DNA from: the human T2T-CHM13v2.0 reference genome, Homo sapiens | Reading direction: 5' to 3' (one strand) | Assembly (NCBI RefSeq): GCF_009914755.1 | Contig: NC_060931.1 | Length of the DNA stretch: 64,000 nucleotides | Shown: positions 1 through 12,455 of the stretch, piece after piece | How the letters are laid out: every line of letters begins with the position of its first letter | Position numbering within the stretch: the stretch's first letter is position 1 | Made by a program: the position numbers and the translations under genes | The notes under the pieces: generated by a model | What the model was told of the DNA's origin: nothing | The model's database searches: none | The model's input: the letters and a program-made list of their open reading frames with translations, nothing else

Positions 1-1184
1 CATCAGGTACTTTCTACAGGGGCACTACCAATGGGAACATTTCCGCAAAATGGGAATTTGCTCTACCCTCAAAAAAGAGGGTAGGGTAGAAAAGAGAAGG
101 AGTGTGCCTAAGAGAGAGAGAGGACTTGGGGCAGGAGAAAAACCACAGAGGCTTCCTCTCGCTCTCACTGCTGCTCCTTGAGCTCCGGCTGTCCCAGGCC
201 AACACTGGAAAGTTTGCCAGGTAGAAGACAAGTCACCTTGTTCTGTTTGACTCTTTAAGGCAAAATTAGCTCCAGGGGTGGAGGTGAGAATGGGGGGCAT
301 GCAGAAGGTGGGGCTCTGTTTTGGGTAAGGAAAATTTTGTTCAGGGCGAATCTCCTGACCACAATGGACCAAGGCCTGGTGGCTTCAGGGTCAGGGGCTA
401 TCAGCTACAGGAGCTGCTGGGTCAGCATGACAGGTAACTTTCAGGGGACTACAAGGGCTCATACAGACACAGGAAAAGCTTCAAGGAACATTGCTGGTCT
501 TCTCCAATTCATTCAGTAAAACCTTAGACATCTTTTCATAGGGAATTTAGGGCCAGCTTTAAGGACAAAGTCCCTTTATCATTGTTCCCGAGTCTATTTT
601 ATGCATCTGGCTAAGTCAGGGCCATGTTTTATAGCTTAAATGTTTTTCCTTTTAAGTAAGAATTCTAATTCTGTATTATATTTATGAATTGCTTACAAAG
701 CCCTACCTCAATGAGGCGAGATTTTGTGACCCCATTTTCAGCGGAGGCTCCCAAGGCCTAAATTACAGCCCCAGTCAGGGTCTTGGAGCTAAGAATGTCA
801 GAATAGGGCTGGAGCTGGGCTTCCAAATGCAACGATCAGAATTTCCATCTGTAGTTACAGCCTCGAGCTTCAGACGAAGATCAACACTGCAGTTAGTGGA
901 TCATTTATTCAAAGCAGCAATCCTTAGACTCCAAATGACTTCTGCCTGATTCTCTGGTCCAGCTAGGGGTATGGGAGCTTGCAGAGCCAACACAGTCACA
1001 CGTCATTTGACTGTCCAGTGGAAAGATGGGTGAGGCCAAGCACACACATTGTTTCATTCTTATCTACAGTTTACAAGATTCAAAGCAAAAAAAATTAGCT
1101 CACTCAACCATCTTATATGAATAATGGAATTAATATAGGGGAGTCTTTTATGGTTACTTCTTGCTGACAATGCATCAGGCACTG

Positions 1185-1379
1185 AGTGCAATGAGACTTC
1201 TTGAAAGCTTAAAAGAAAGGAAAAACTCAGACACCTCCCCTCAAGTGCAGGACCAACTGCAGAGTGGACTCTTTCTGGATATTGTAGTCAGACAGGGTGC
1301 ATCTATCTTCCAGCTGTGTCCCAGCAAAGATCAACCTCTTCTGGTCAAGAGGGATGCCTTCCTTGTCTTGGATCTTTGC
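1185..1379 (-). pseudogene. Truncated processed pseudogene fragment of polyubiquitin-C (last Ub repeat, residues 28-76 plus Val, and part of the 3'UTR)
   Basis: The minus strand 1379-1227 reads [50 protein letters not shown], 42/49 identical to ubiquitin. The RGGV-stop end and the following UTR-like sequence resemble UBC. Confidence 0.9.
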
Positions 1380-1504
1380 CTAGAGGGATGGTAGAGAGCA
1401 GTTCTTATTCTTAGAGAAGTCACAGCCTCATGGGAAATGAAGATATTTAAATGGAGGATGCTCCACCATAGTTAACAGTTTAATAGAAAGATGTAACAGA
1501 ATAT

Positions 1505-2095
1505 TAACAACTATTATCTATTGAGCAGTGACCATTTGCTAGTGCTGTTCTAAGTAACCATTTGCTGGTGCTGTTCTAGTGTAGGAAAACATCATTCCTC
1601 ATAAAGATCCTTTGAGGTAGGCTATTATGACCCCATTTTACAGATGTAGCAGTGCTATGGTTTAAATGTGTCCCCCCAAAAGCCAGTGTTGAAAACTTAA
1701 TCCTCATTGCAGCAGTGTTGGGAGACGGGGCCCAGTGGGAAGTGTTTTGGTCATGGGGAGTCCACTGATTATAAAAGGGCTTGAGGCTGTTTCATCTCTT
1801 GCTTTCTGTTGCTATATGATGCTTTCTGCTATGTTATAACACAGCAAGAAGGCCCTTATTATATGCTGCCCCTCAAACTTGGACTTCCCAGACTCCAGAA
1901 CTATAAGAAATAAACCTCTGTTCTTTCTAAGTAAACCCAGTCTGTGGTATTCTGTTACAGCAGCACAAAATGGACTAAGACAAGAAGTCAAGGCTCAGAA
2001 CAGTCAATCGACTTGTTTAGGGTCATTTGGCTACAAGGGTTGAAGGGGTCTTGAGCCAGGCAGCACAGCCGCATGGCCCACACTCTTGACCACTG
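1505..2095 (+). mobile_element. MIR SINE split by an LTR insertion
   Basis: MIR core 'ccccattttacagatg' lies before 1653 and 'aggctcaga...gacttg...ggtca' resumes after 1982. Confidence 0.6.
1653..1982 (+). mobile_element. MaLR solo LTR (MST/MLT1A-like)
   Basis: Termini TGCTATGGTTTAAATGTGTCCCC...CAGCACAAAATGGACTAAGACA are typical of MaLR LTRs. Confidence 0.85.
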
Positions 2096-2469
2096 AACGG
2101 GAGCTACTCTGGGAATAGAGTCTGGGTGTCTGTGAGTTGGGCTCAGAGGATGGGGCCCACTTATCTAGGGGAGGGGATCATCCATGTAGAACTCCCTAAG
2201 GTGAAGTTTATAAGCCGAGACTTTCTCAGGTGGAGAGTGGGGTGGGGGTAGTGGTCAGTGAGGAGGTTAAGCCAAAAGGACAGGTGGAACCCAGAGCATG
2301 ATTTCCCTTTTGGGTCTGCACCTGGAAGTGGGGGAACCAGCAGGTCATATAGATGGAGTACTATAGTTAGGTATATGAGTGAATTTAGGAAAAGAGAAAC
2401 AATTAACATAATTTCCAGGATTTTTTCTTGGGTAACTGAGTAGGTGGAGGAGTGATTTACTAGACTAAG

Positions 2470-2503
2470 ACAAAACACAACACAACACAACACAACACAA
2501 CAA
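2470..2503. repeat. (CAACA)n microsatellite
   Basis: Direct reading: acacaacacaacacaacacaacacaaca. Confidence 0.9.
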
Positions 2504-3387
2504 ATTATAACAAAACTGTACAGTTTAGGGGAGACACACAGGGATTTAAATTTTGCTGACCGAGTTTGAGAAGCTTTTGAGTTAACCAGATGAAGTGTCT
2601 TTAGACACATCAGTGGATCACAGAGCACAGTTGAGGACCCTTCAAGAGGTGGCAAGAGATTTGCTATCATAGCTGCTGAATTTCTTTCTATGTTTTGGAT
2701 GATTCAGCTATGAAGATCTATAAAAAGCAAGAATAAACAGACTGGAGAACAACAACAACAAAAAGCATTAAAAATGATAGTGTGAGCCCAATATGAGTAA
2801 ATACTTCAGGATAAATGGGAGTAAATTCTCTCACATTCTTAAAACAGCCCCATTACCTGGTCACTGGAAATGTCCTTGGAGGTGGTGTACAGAGGGAAAT
2901 GTAATAGGAAGCATTGGCTCTGGAACACTGTGTCAGTTAATTTGGCTTTTCTATTAACCCAGACATTCACCAGATGAAGACTGATACTTGAACAGTGCCT
3001 CAGTGCCAGCAGGGAATCCAGGTAGAATAGCCCCTGATTGACTTGAAAACATTGATATCTCTTATGGCGTTAGTCACAGAACAGACAGACTTGGGAGTGG
3101 ACGTTTTGCTTAGGAAAGACTGGGCAATGGGAGAATGCAGGGCCCTGGTGAGATCGTTTCAAACAGACATTGGAAAATAAAAATAGATCTTTGGTTTTTA
3201 AAATAAAGTCTCTCTAAAGTAGTGGTTATTTTGGGGAAAGAATTAACTGGAGGGATGTGAGGGAGCCAGCTGGAGTGCTGGGAATGTTCGCTATCTTGAT
3301 TTGAGTGGTGGTTACATGGGTTTATATAAGTAAAAATTAATCAATCCATATTCTTACTGTCTACACATTTTCCTAAAGTATTCAAGC

Positions 3388-3824
3388 TGTTATGAGCTAA
3401 ATTGTGTACCCCTCAAATTCACATGTTGATATCCTAATTTCCAGTACCTCATAATGTGACTTTATTTGAAAGTAGGGTTATTGCAGATGTAATTAATTTA
3501 TACTTAACTAGTTATACACAATCAGGGTGGGCCCCTAATCAAATATGATTGGTGTCCATATTAAAAGGGAAAATATGGACGCAAGTGCACATGGGAAGAA
3601 TGTTGTGTGAGGATTGGAGTGATGTTGTCACAAGCCAATGGACTATCAGAAGCTGGAGAGAGGCCTGGGACATATGCTCCCTCATGACCTCAAAAGGAAC
3701 CAGCCCTGCCAACAACTTGATCTTGGACTTCTAGCATCCAGGACTGTGAGACAACTTTCTGTTTTTAAGCCACCCAGATTGCAATACTTTGTTACTGTTA
3801 CTACGGCTCCAGACAACTAATAAA
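3388..3824 (+). mobile_element. MLT1 (MaLR) solo LTR
   Basis: TGTTATGAGCTAAATTGTGT...AACTAATAAA flanked by the 5-bp TSD CAAGC on both sides. Confidence 0.88.
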
Positions 3825-4600
3825 CAAGCTATACCCCCAATTTTAATAATGTCTGTCTAACAACTTCCAAAACAATTCCCTCACCTTGCTACATACAAAG
3901 ACATAGTAAAAGAAAGAGATTAATTATCCATTAAATAACTTACTGAAGATTGAGTAGTCACCACATTGGCTTCTTTTTTAGGCTTTGACATGTTTGGTGG
4001 ATGTTTAATGTGGACTCTTATTCTTGGGAGGTATTTGGGGGTTCTTTGGTGCCCCACTGAGAAAATATACCTATATTTCAATTAAGTCATTGTTAAAAGA
4101 TAAATTCACGGAGGTAAACATTTACATATTCTCACCATGGGTAAAGATTTCTAGTTATAAAAATGGTAAAATAAATTAAAAAGGAAGGTGCATATTTGGC
4201 TACTTAAAAAGTAAAGACACTTTATCCAACAAGAGCAAAATACACATTCTTCTCATATGCACATAAAATGATCTCTAGACTAGACCATATATTAAGCTGT
4301 AAAACAGTTGTCAATAATTTTTAAAGGATTGAGGTCAAAATATGTTTTCTGACCAGAATGGAATAAAATTAGAAATTGACCTGAGAAAGAAATTTGAGAA
4401 ATTCACAAATATGTGTAAATTTAGACATATTCCTAAATAAACAATAGGTAAAAAAAATCACAAGAGAAGTTAGAAAATACTTTGACATGAATAAAAATGA
4501 AAATCCAACATATCAAAACTGATGGGATGTTGTGAAATCATTGCTTAGAGGGAAATCTCTACCTGTAAATGCCTATACTTAAAAAAATTAATAAACAAAC

Positions 4601-4667
4601 TGTATCATTCAGGGTTCTCCAGAGAAATAGAACCAATAGGATGTGTGTATATATATGTATATGCATA

Positions 4668-4710
<43 letters not shown>

Positions 4711-5143
4711 ATATACACATAAGCACACAAACATACATACAGAGAGGGAGAAAGAAAGAAAGAAAGAGAGAAATGTATTTAATCCAATTAACTCTCATGA
4801 TTGTGGGAGCTGGCAAGTCCAAAATCTGCAGGGTGGACCAGGGTGGACCAGCAGGGTGGACCCAGGGAAGAGTTGATATTGAAGTTCAAATCCAAAGGTG
4901 GCAGAATTTCTCCTTCTTGGGGGAGGTCAGCTTTTTAAATTGCCCCTAAAGGTCTTCAACTGATTGGATGAGGCACACTTACATTATGGAGGATAATGTG
5001 CTTTACTCAAGGCCTATGGATTTAAGTGTTAATCTCATCTAAAAAATATGTTTGCAAAAACATGTAAAATAATGTTTTACCAAATTATCTGGGTACTGTG
5101 GCCTAGCCAAGTTGATAGTTGATATATAAAATTAATCGTCACC
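4601..5143 (-). mobile_element. MLT2 (ERVL) solo LTR nested in L1, containing a (TG)n tract at ~4674-4708
   Basis: 'cagggttctccagagaaatagaaccaatagg' and 'aaaattaatcgtcac' match the reverse-complemented MLT2 termini. Confidence 0.85.
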
Positions 5144-7134
5144 CTAATATTCCACCTTAATAAACTAGAAAAGAAGAGCAAACTAAATGCAGAGCAAGAA
5201 GAAGGAAGGAAATAATAAATATTTGAATGAAATAGAGAATAGAAAAACATAGAATCACTAAAACTGAAATTTGGTTCTTTGAAAAGATAAACAAACTGAC
5301 AAACCTTTAGCTACAATGACGAAGAAAAAGACTTAATTTATGAAAATCAAGAATTGCAGGCCAATAAATTAGTTAAGCTGGATGAAATGAACAAGTTCCT
5401 AGAAACACACAAATTGACTCAAAAAGAAAAAGAAAATCTAAATAAATCTATAACAAATAAAGTAATGGAATTAGTAATCAAAAAACTTCCAACAAACAAA
5501 AGCCTGGTGCCAGATGGTTTCACTGGTGAATTCTATTGAATGTTTAAGGAAAAATTAACACACATACATTGCGAGCTTTTCTAAACATAGAAGAGGATAA
5601 AACAATTTCTAATTTATTATATGGGCCACTATTACACTGATACCAAAACCAGACAGAAAAAAGAAAACTAGAGACCAATATTCCTTAGGAATAAGATGCA
5701 AAATCCTCAGCAAAATACCAGCAAACTTAATTTAACAGCTTATAAAAAGGATGATGCACCGTGACCAAGTGGGATTTATCCCGGGAATGCAAGGATGGTT
5801 CAACATATGAAAATCAAGCAATATAATATACCACATTAACAGAACACAAGAGAAAAACACATGATCATTTCATAATTACAGAAAAAACATTTAACCAAAT
5901 ACAACACCCTTTCATAATAAAGCACTTAACAAACTAGGAATAAAAGGAAACTTCCTCAATATGATAAAGGACATCTAAGAAAAAACCCACAGCTAATGTC
6001 ACATGTAATGGTGAAACAATGAATGCTTTCCTCTAAGGTCAGAAATAAAACAAAAACGTGTGCTCTTATCACTTCTATTCAACATTGTACTGGAAGTTTT
6101 AGCCAGGGAAATTGAGCAATAAAAGAAATAAAATGCATTGAAATTAGAAAGAAAAAAGTAAAACTATACTCTTCATACTTTTTGTTTGTAGATACTATGA
6201 TCTTGTATGTAGAAAATCCTAAGAAAGAAACACACACATAGACACACACACACACAAACTAATAGAGCTAATAACAAGATGAGCACATTTGTAGGATATA
6301 AAATCAATATACAAAATCAATGTAAATAAATGGGAATGGGAAGGCATTCTGTGTTCATGAGTTGGAAGTCATATTATTGTTAAAATGCCAATACTCTGAA
6401 TTATCTACAGATTTGATGCAGTCCCTAGCAAAATTCCAATGGAGAAATCAACAAACTTACCTGAAAGTTTATACAATAATACAAGGATCCAAAATAGCCC
6501 TAACACCTTAAAAAGAGAAACAAAGTTACAAGACTTATAGTTCCAGATTTCAAAAAGTTACTACAAACCTGTGATAATAAGGCCAGTATGGCACTGGCAT
6601 AAGGACACATATATACATCAATGGGATAGAGCTGAGAGTCCAGAAATAGACCCACATGGTTATGGTTAATCGATTTCAACAAGGGTGTCAAGGTAGTTCA
6701 GTAGGGGAAAGAATAGTCTTTTCAATAAATGACACTGGAACAACTGAATATCCACATGAAAAAGAATGAATTTTGAGCCTTACCTTACACCATACACAAA
6801 TATTAATTCAAATGGATCAAACACCTACATGTAAGAGCTAAAACTATAAAGCTTTAAGAAGAAAATACAGATGTAAGTCTTTGTGACCTTGAATTAGACA
6901 ACAGTTTCTTATTTATGCCACCTAAAGCACAAATTACCAAAGAACAAATATGTAATTTGAACTACATCAAAATTTAAAACTTTTGTGCCACAAAGGACAT
7001 TATTAAGAAAATGAAAGTCCACAGAATGGGAGAAATTATTTGCAAATCATATATCTGATAATTGTCTAGTATCCAAAATATACAAAGAGCTCTTACAACT
7101 CAACAATTTAAACAACCCAGCTAAAAAGGATTTT

Positions 7135-7356
7135 TTTAAAAATTAACAGAATACAGCATTGTTTGTATTTTTTATTTTTATCTATTTATTTATTTATTTT
7201 GAGATTGGATTACGAGACTGGCTAATTTCTGTATTTTTTGTAGGATGGGGTTTCTCCACATTGTCCAGGCTGGCCTCAAACTCCTGGCTTGAGTAATCCA
7301 CCCACCTCAAACTCCCGAAGTGCTGGGATTACAACCATGAGCCACCACATCTGGAC
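7135..7356 (-). mobile_element. Internally deleted Alu (left monomer plus ~20 nt) with a non-Alu 3' tail
   Basis: Left-arm and linker homology at 7218-7356. TSD taaaaa(a)ggatttt at 7122-7134 and 7357-7370. Confidence 0.85.
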
Positions 7357-9779
7357 TAAAAAAGGATTTTAATTAACAATTTTCCAAATAATGTATGCAA
7401 ATGGCCACTAGGCACATGAAAAGATGCTCATTATCATTAGTGATTAGGAAAACTCAAATAAAAAGCACAATGAGATAAGATTTCACACCTACTGGGATGG
7501 CTATAATAAAAAAGACAATGACAAGTGTTGGTGGGAATATGGAAAATTGAAACCCCTATATACTGCTGGTGGGAATGTGAAATAGTGAACCCACTTTCGA
7601 AAACACTTTGGCTGTTGCTGAAAATATTAAATATACAGTTGCCAGAGGACCCAGCCATTCCACTCCTGGGTATGTGCTCACAAGAATCAAAAACATAAGT
7701 TCAGGCAGAAAGTTGTATACACATGTTCATAAAAGCATTAATCACAATAGCCAGAAAGTGGAAGTAATCCAAATGCCCATAAACTGATGGAAGGATAAAT
7801 AAAATGTGTTATATCCATATGATGGAATATTATTCAGGCAGAAAAAGTAATGAAATACCCTCACTTGCTACAAGCCAGACAAACTTTGAAAATCATATGC
7901 TAAATGAAAGAAACCAGACGCAAAAGACCACAGAACATATAATTCAACTTATATGAATGTCCAGAACAGAAAAATCCATAGACAGACAGCAGATTACTGG
8001 TTGCCAGGACCTGGGGGCTGGGGAGAACAGAGAATGACTGCTAATGGGTACAGAGTTTCTTTTTGGGGTGATGAAAATAGTATGGAATTAGTGGTGATTG
8101 CAAAATCTTGTAAATATACTAAAAATCACTGAATTATATACTTTCGAATGATGAATTTTATGGTAAATATAAATTTTATGGTAAATGGTAAATATCTTTT
8201 TAAAAGTAAAGACCAAGTAAAATTAAAATGTAAATAACAAACCAGAAAATTATTTGCAATCTTAACAACAAATAAAATGTTACTATCCTTAAGATACATA
8301 AAGTTCTGTTGAAATTCACCTTTAAAACACCATGTCTTGGCAAAAGACAAAACACAGCAAACATTCTTACATAAAACAAAAAAAAAACTAAAGGGTAAGA
8401 AGTAGATAGAGAAATATCTGTCTCATTAGTAAATTAGTTCAAATTAAAAGAGGGTATCATTGTTGATGTTCTTATAGTTCTCTATTTTTAAAAAAATATT
8501 TTCTGCACTGTGTGTTAGTTTCCTATTTTAGAATCAGAAAAGTTCATTTAAAAGATATATAATGCAGTTAACCTAAGCCCCTGGAGAATGTTCAGGCAGC
8601 GGATGCATCAGCAGGCGGGAGGGGCTGTGACTATACATGCCCTGTTAGGTGCATTACACAGGCAGTTCCTTTTAATCCTATAATAGTATATCAACCCTCT
8701 CTTTACAGGTGGAGAAACTAAGGCCCATCTCACGATGGAACTCACCAAGGGCCACATGTCAATAACTGGTAAATAACCTGGAAAGCGGGTTCAACTAGGA
8801 GCCCCCAAAATCATGCTCCTTCCTGCTCCAGGAAGCACCAGGAACCCCCTTCTTCATTTGTGCTGACAACATAACCTTAGAGATGAGGAGTCTTACCAGA
8901 AGCCATCTGAGTCCAGCCATCCCAGAAGCCTCCTGAGCCAAGGCCAAAGGATAGTACCCAGGCTGCTGGAGGGCTCAGATGTAGCCGGGACCTGGCTCCA
9001 TGAAGATGAAGAGCCCCACAGCCCCTCTCATAGGAATGAAGGCAGAAGATAAACAATGTACCACATCAGCAAGGAAGCAGCCCTTCTGTGCACCCCACAG
9101 GTGCACAAGAGCCCAGGAGAAAACTGGGGACAAAAGGCCCTGGCTCTAAGAACCCCAAAGGCCAGAGCAGCCACCACCAACTGTGAACAGAAATATTGGA
9201 GCAAAGATTTGAGACCTAGTGGAGACTGCCAAGGTACAGTGGAGTGGGTTGCCTCTTGGGGATGCGGGAGTGCGTTTGACAGGGGAGACCCATCAGGAGG
9301 GGATATGGCTTCACAAGAGTCCTCCTCCTTATGATTGCCAGACCATGTGTGTGTGTATGCCTGTTTGGGCGTGTGTGCATGTATGTGCTTGCATGTATCC
9401 ATCGGAACCTACATGAGAGCATGGGTGCGTCGATGGCAGCTTTGCATCAGAACACAGGTTTCTCACTGTGTGGCCTTGGCAATATCCGTTTCTTTGGACC
9501 TCAACTTACAGACCCACAAAGTGGAGCTAAGGCTACTCCATCCCAAAACCGAGTGTGGGTCTCCTGGGGGCAGGTAACCACCTGCACAGTGCTGTTCTGG
9601 TGTGAAGGATCCCCTGTCCTTGGGCCAAGAGGCTAAGAAGGCCTTTCCTGCCTCTGTTACCTGTCTCAGAGAAAAGTCCCCATGGAGATTACAGGCGTGA
9701 GCCCCCACACCTGGCCAGCATACTTGCATCTTTACAGTTAGCCACATTAAAAAGAGGCTGGTGACAGCAAGAATGTGGG

Positions 9780-9955
9780 GCCTGGGCTACCACTGCGGGA
9801 CCTTGGGCAAGTTACCTACAGCTCTGTGACTCAGTGTCCCTACATGCACCTACCTCCAGGAACACCATGAAGACAGCATGAGCTATAATACGGAAAATGC
9901 TTAGAGCAGGGCTTGGCATGTAGTGCAGGCTCTGAGTGGCAGTGACTATGATTTT
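9780..9955 (-). mobile_element. MIR SINE
   Basis: 'gaccttgggcaagttacc...ctctgtgactcagt' and 'tgcttagagcagggcttggcatgtag' are MIR motifs. Confidence 0.7.
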
Positions 9956-10684
9956 TACTTATTAGAGAAAACATGAACATCTATATAGGAAGCCATATCT
10001 TCTGTACACTGGATATTTTAACTTGCTTAGAATCATACTGAGTGTACAATTTTCTTTTTCCATTTAACATTAGTTCATAAAAGCCTGTCTATATCATTAA
10101 TAATTTTAAGACTCTTGATGCACCAAAAGCTCTACATTTTCACCCATATAAATATGTGAGCTAGAAAGAGTGGGGAGAATGAGTACTTCTCCCATGGAAA
10201 CTCTACTCATCCTGTAGCTCTATAATATAAAACTCATTTAAATCACCAACGTGACTCTTTGGGGTTATGCAAAGCATTTAGGTAAACATTAAAGTCCTTT
10301 CTCCAGCTTTTAAATCAATTTAGTGACATGAATTATGAGTCCTCTGTTCGTTGGTGGTTGTGTGTGTGTGGATTGGGTCAGGACGGCTTAATCCCAGTTG
10401 ACCTGCTCAGAATGAGAGTAAACACATATACCACTGGGAATTTTAATAGGAAGAGTTATTGCTTGTATAATTACATAGTTATAAATAGAACAGATTATGT
10501 CTGTCAAATAGAATTGCTAATTTTTATTCCTGTTCAGATAATAGAAAATGCAAATTTTAACTATTTAAAAGTATTTTCCCAGCTTTTCAATTAGATTTTA
10601 GTCCTTCTAATCTTTTAAACAGAGTGAGGAAATGGATAAGATATAGGCTCTTTAGGCAGAAGGTTTATAACAAATATAGTGGGG

Positions 10685-10870
10685 GTTCTTAAAATGGGGT
10701 ACCTGGCATCATATCATCTGGGAAATCATTTAAAATGCATATTCTCTGGCTCCACCGCAGACCGACTAAAAGAGAAACCTTGCGAGGGCGTAGGGAGCAA
10801 TTCAATTTTTTGCATGTCCTGTAGGTGAGATGATTCTGATGCTGGCTCACATTTGAAAAGTACTCTGAAT
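10685..10870. mobile_element. MER5A-like hAT DNA transposon (MITE)
   Basis: 'ggcatcatatcatctgggaaatcatttaaaatgcatattctc' and 'gattctgatgc...tttgaaaagtactct' resemble MER5A. Confidence 0.65.
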
Positions 10871-10917
10871 TACAGCAAAAAAATTGGGGTAATATTCTTG
10901 GTTCTTTGATTCCCAAA

Positions 10918-11088
10918 ATACATACCAACATACTATACACTCATATAATACATACACACATATACAGACATATATAATACACTTTCATACGTAAACACAT
11001 ACACCCGCATAACATACACATGCATAATACATATACACATTCACATGTACACACATGTACACAAACATACATAATACACACATACAAA
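10918..11088. repeat. (CA/TA)-rich low-complexity tract
   Basis: Degenerate catacacac/ataatacat repeats. Confidence 0.85.
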
Positions 11089-11354
11089 AATAGTTTAAGG
11101 CTCTCTTGAGACCTTCACAGAACAGGTTCAGTCTGTGAATGACAACCTAAACTTTTCTGCAGCTCGGTTTTTTTTGTCTGTAAAAACAGGGTCATGCCAA
11201 CCTGTCAGTTCGCTAAGAAACTAGATTTGCCCAGATTTTGAATCAGAACATCACTGAATCCTGGGGTCTGACATTGCATATTATCCCATCCAGCCCCAGC
11301 CCAGTCTGTTATTAGTGACCTTCCACAGGGTTTTGGCTGAGTGATGGCTCAGCC

Positions 11355-11987
11355 TGTCCGAGGGGTTTGAACCAGAGCAACTCCATCTTGAATAGAGGCT
11401 GGGTAAAATAAGGCTGAGACCTACTGGGCTGCATTCCCAGGAGGTTAGGCATTCTAAGTCACAGGATTAGATAGGCGGTTGGCACAAGAAACAGGTCATA
11501 AAGATCTTGCTGATAAAACAGGCTGTGGTAAAGAAGCTGGCCAAAGCCCACCAAAACCAAAACGGAGATGAAAGTGACCTCTGGTCATCCTCACTGCTTA
11601 TTATAAGTTAATTATAATACATTAGTATGCAAAAAGTCACTCCCACCGGCACCATGACAGTTTACAAATGTCATGAAAAGATCAGGAAGTTACCCTACAT
11701 GGTCTAAAAAGGGGAGAAACCAACCCTCAGTTCCAGGAATTGCCCAGGCATTTCCTGGAAAACTCATAAATAATCCACCCCTTATTTAGCATATAATTAA
11801 TAAATAACCATAAAAAATAGGCAATCAGCAGCCCTCGGGGTGACTCTGCTTATGGAATAGCCATTCTTTATTCCTTTACTTTCTTAATAAATGTGCTTTC
11901 ACTTTATGGACTCATCCTGAATTCTTTTTTGTGAGAGGTCCAAGAACCCTCTCTTGGGGTTTGAATTGGGAGCTCTTTCCGGTAACC
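11355..11987 (+). mobile_element. MER41 solo LTR (MER41B-like, ERV1)
   Basis: Starts TGTCCGAGGGGTTTGAACCAGAGCAACTCCATCTTGAATAG and ends ...CTCTTTCCGGTAAC. About 630 bp long and carries the tandem GAS segment. Confidence 0.92.
11731..11760. promoter_or_regulatory. Tandem GAS (STAT-binding) motifs in MER41
   Basis: TTCCAGGAA at 11731-11739 and TTCCTGGAA at 11752-11760 both match TTCNNNGAA. The motifs are seen directly; function is not shown. Confidence 0.7.
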
Positions 11988-12455
11988 TCTATTCGACATA
12001 GTACTGAAAGTCTTTGCTAGAGTAACCATGCAAGATAAAGAAATAAAAGGCATCTAAATAGAAAGAGAGGAAGTCAAACTATCTCTGTTTGTAGATGATA
12101 TGATTCTATATTGAGAAAACCCCATAAGCTCCTAGATCTGATGAAACAACTTCAGCAAAGTTTCAAGATACAAAATCAATGTACAAAAATGAGTAGCATT
12201 TCTATATACCAACAGAGTCCAAGTTGAGTCATGGATATTTCCCTCTTTTGTTAAAAACATGTTTGTGCATGTACACAGTTGTACTAAGAAAATATCTTCA
12301 TTTTATTCCCTTTATCATACAACATAAGATTTATTGACTTCATATCAGCATTTAAGTGTCCTTAACCTTATCTAATAGTATTTGAGCTGGGGATTGATTC
12401 ATTTCTGGTTGTGTGAAGGATAGTTGTGATAGTTGTATTATGTTAGGCATAATTA
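11880..12455 (+). repeat. Left arm of a 576-bp inverted duplication
   Basis: Reverse complement of 15528-16103, with about 12 mismatches by manual alignment. Confidence 0.96.
11988..12228 (+). mobile_element. L1 (L1PB/old L1PA) ORF2 fragment, left part of the L1 that hosts the HERV-L
   Basis: RT-region L1 sequence 'gaagtcaaactatctctgtttgtagatgatatgattctata' (FADD motif, here FVDD). Confidence 0.88.

Larger units (their letters stand above)
4220..8195 (+). mobile_element. Old L1 (L1MB-like): degraded ORF2 and 3' UTR with nested insertions
   Basis: A-rich L1 ORF2 remnants (e.g. KSLVPDGFTGEFY, 'gaccaagtgggatttatcccgggaatgcaaggatggttcaaca') and an L1MB-type 3' end. Confidence 0.88.

Noticed and set aside
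1161-1394. 77-aa plus-strand ORF
   Set aside because: It is the antisense shadow of the ubiquitin pseudogene fragment.
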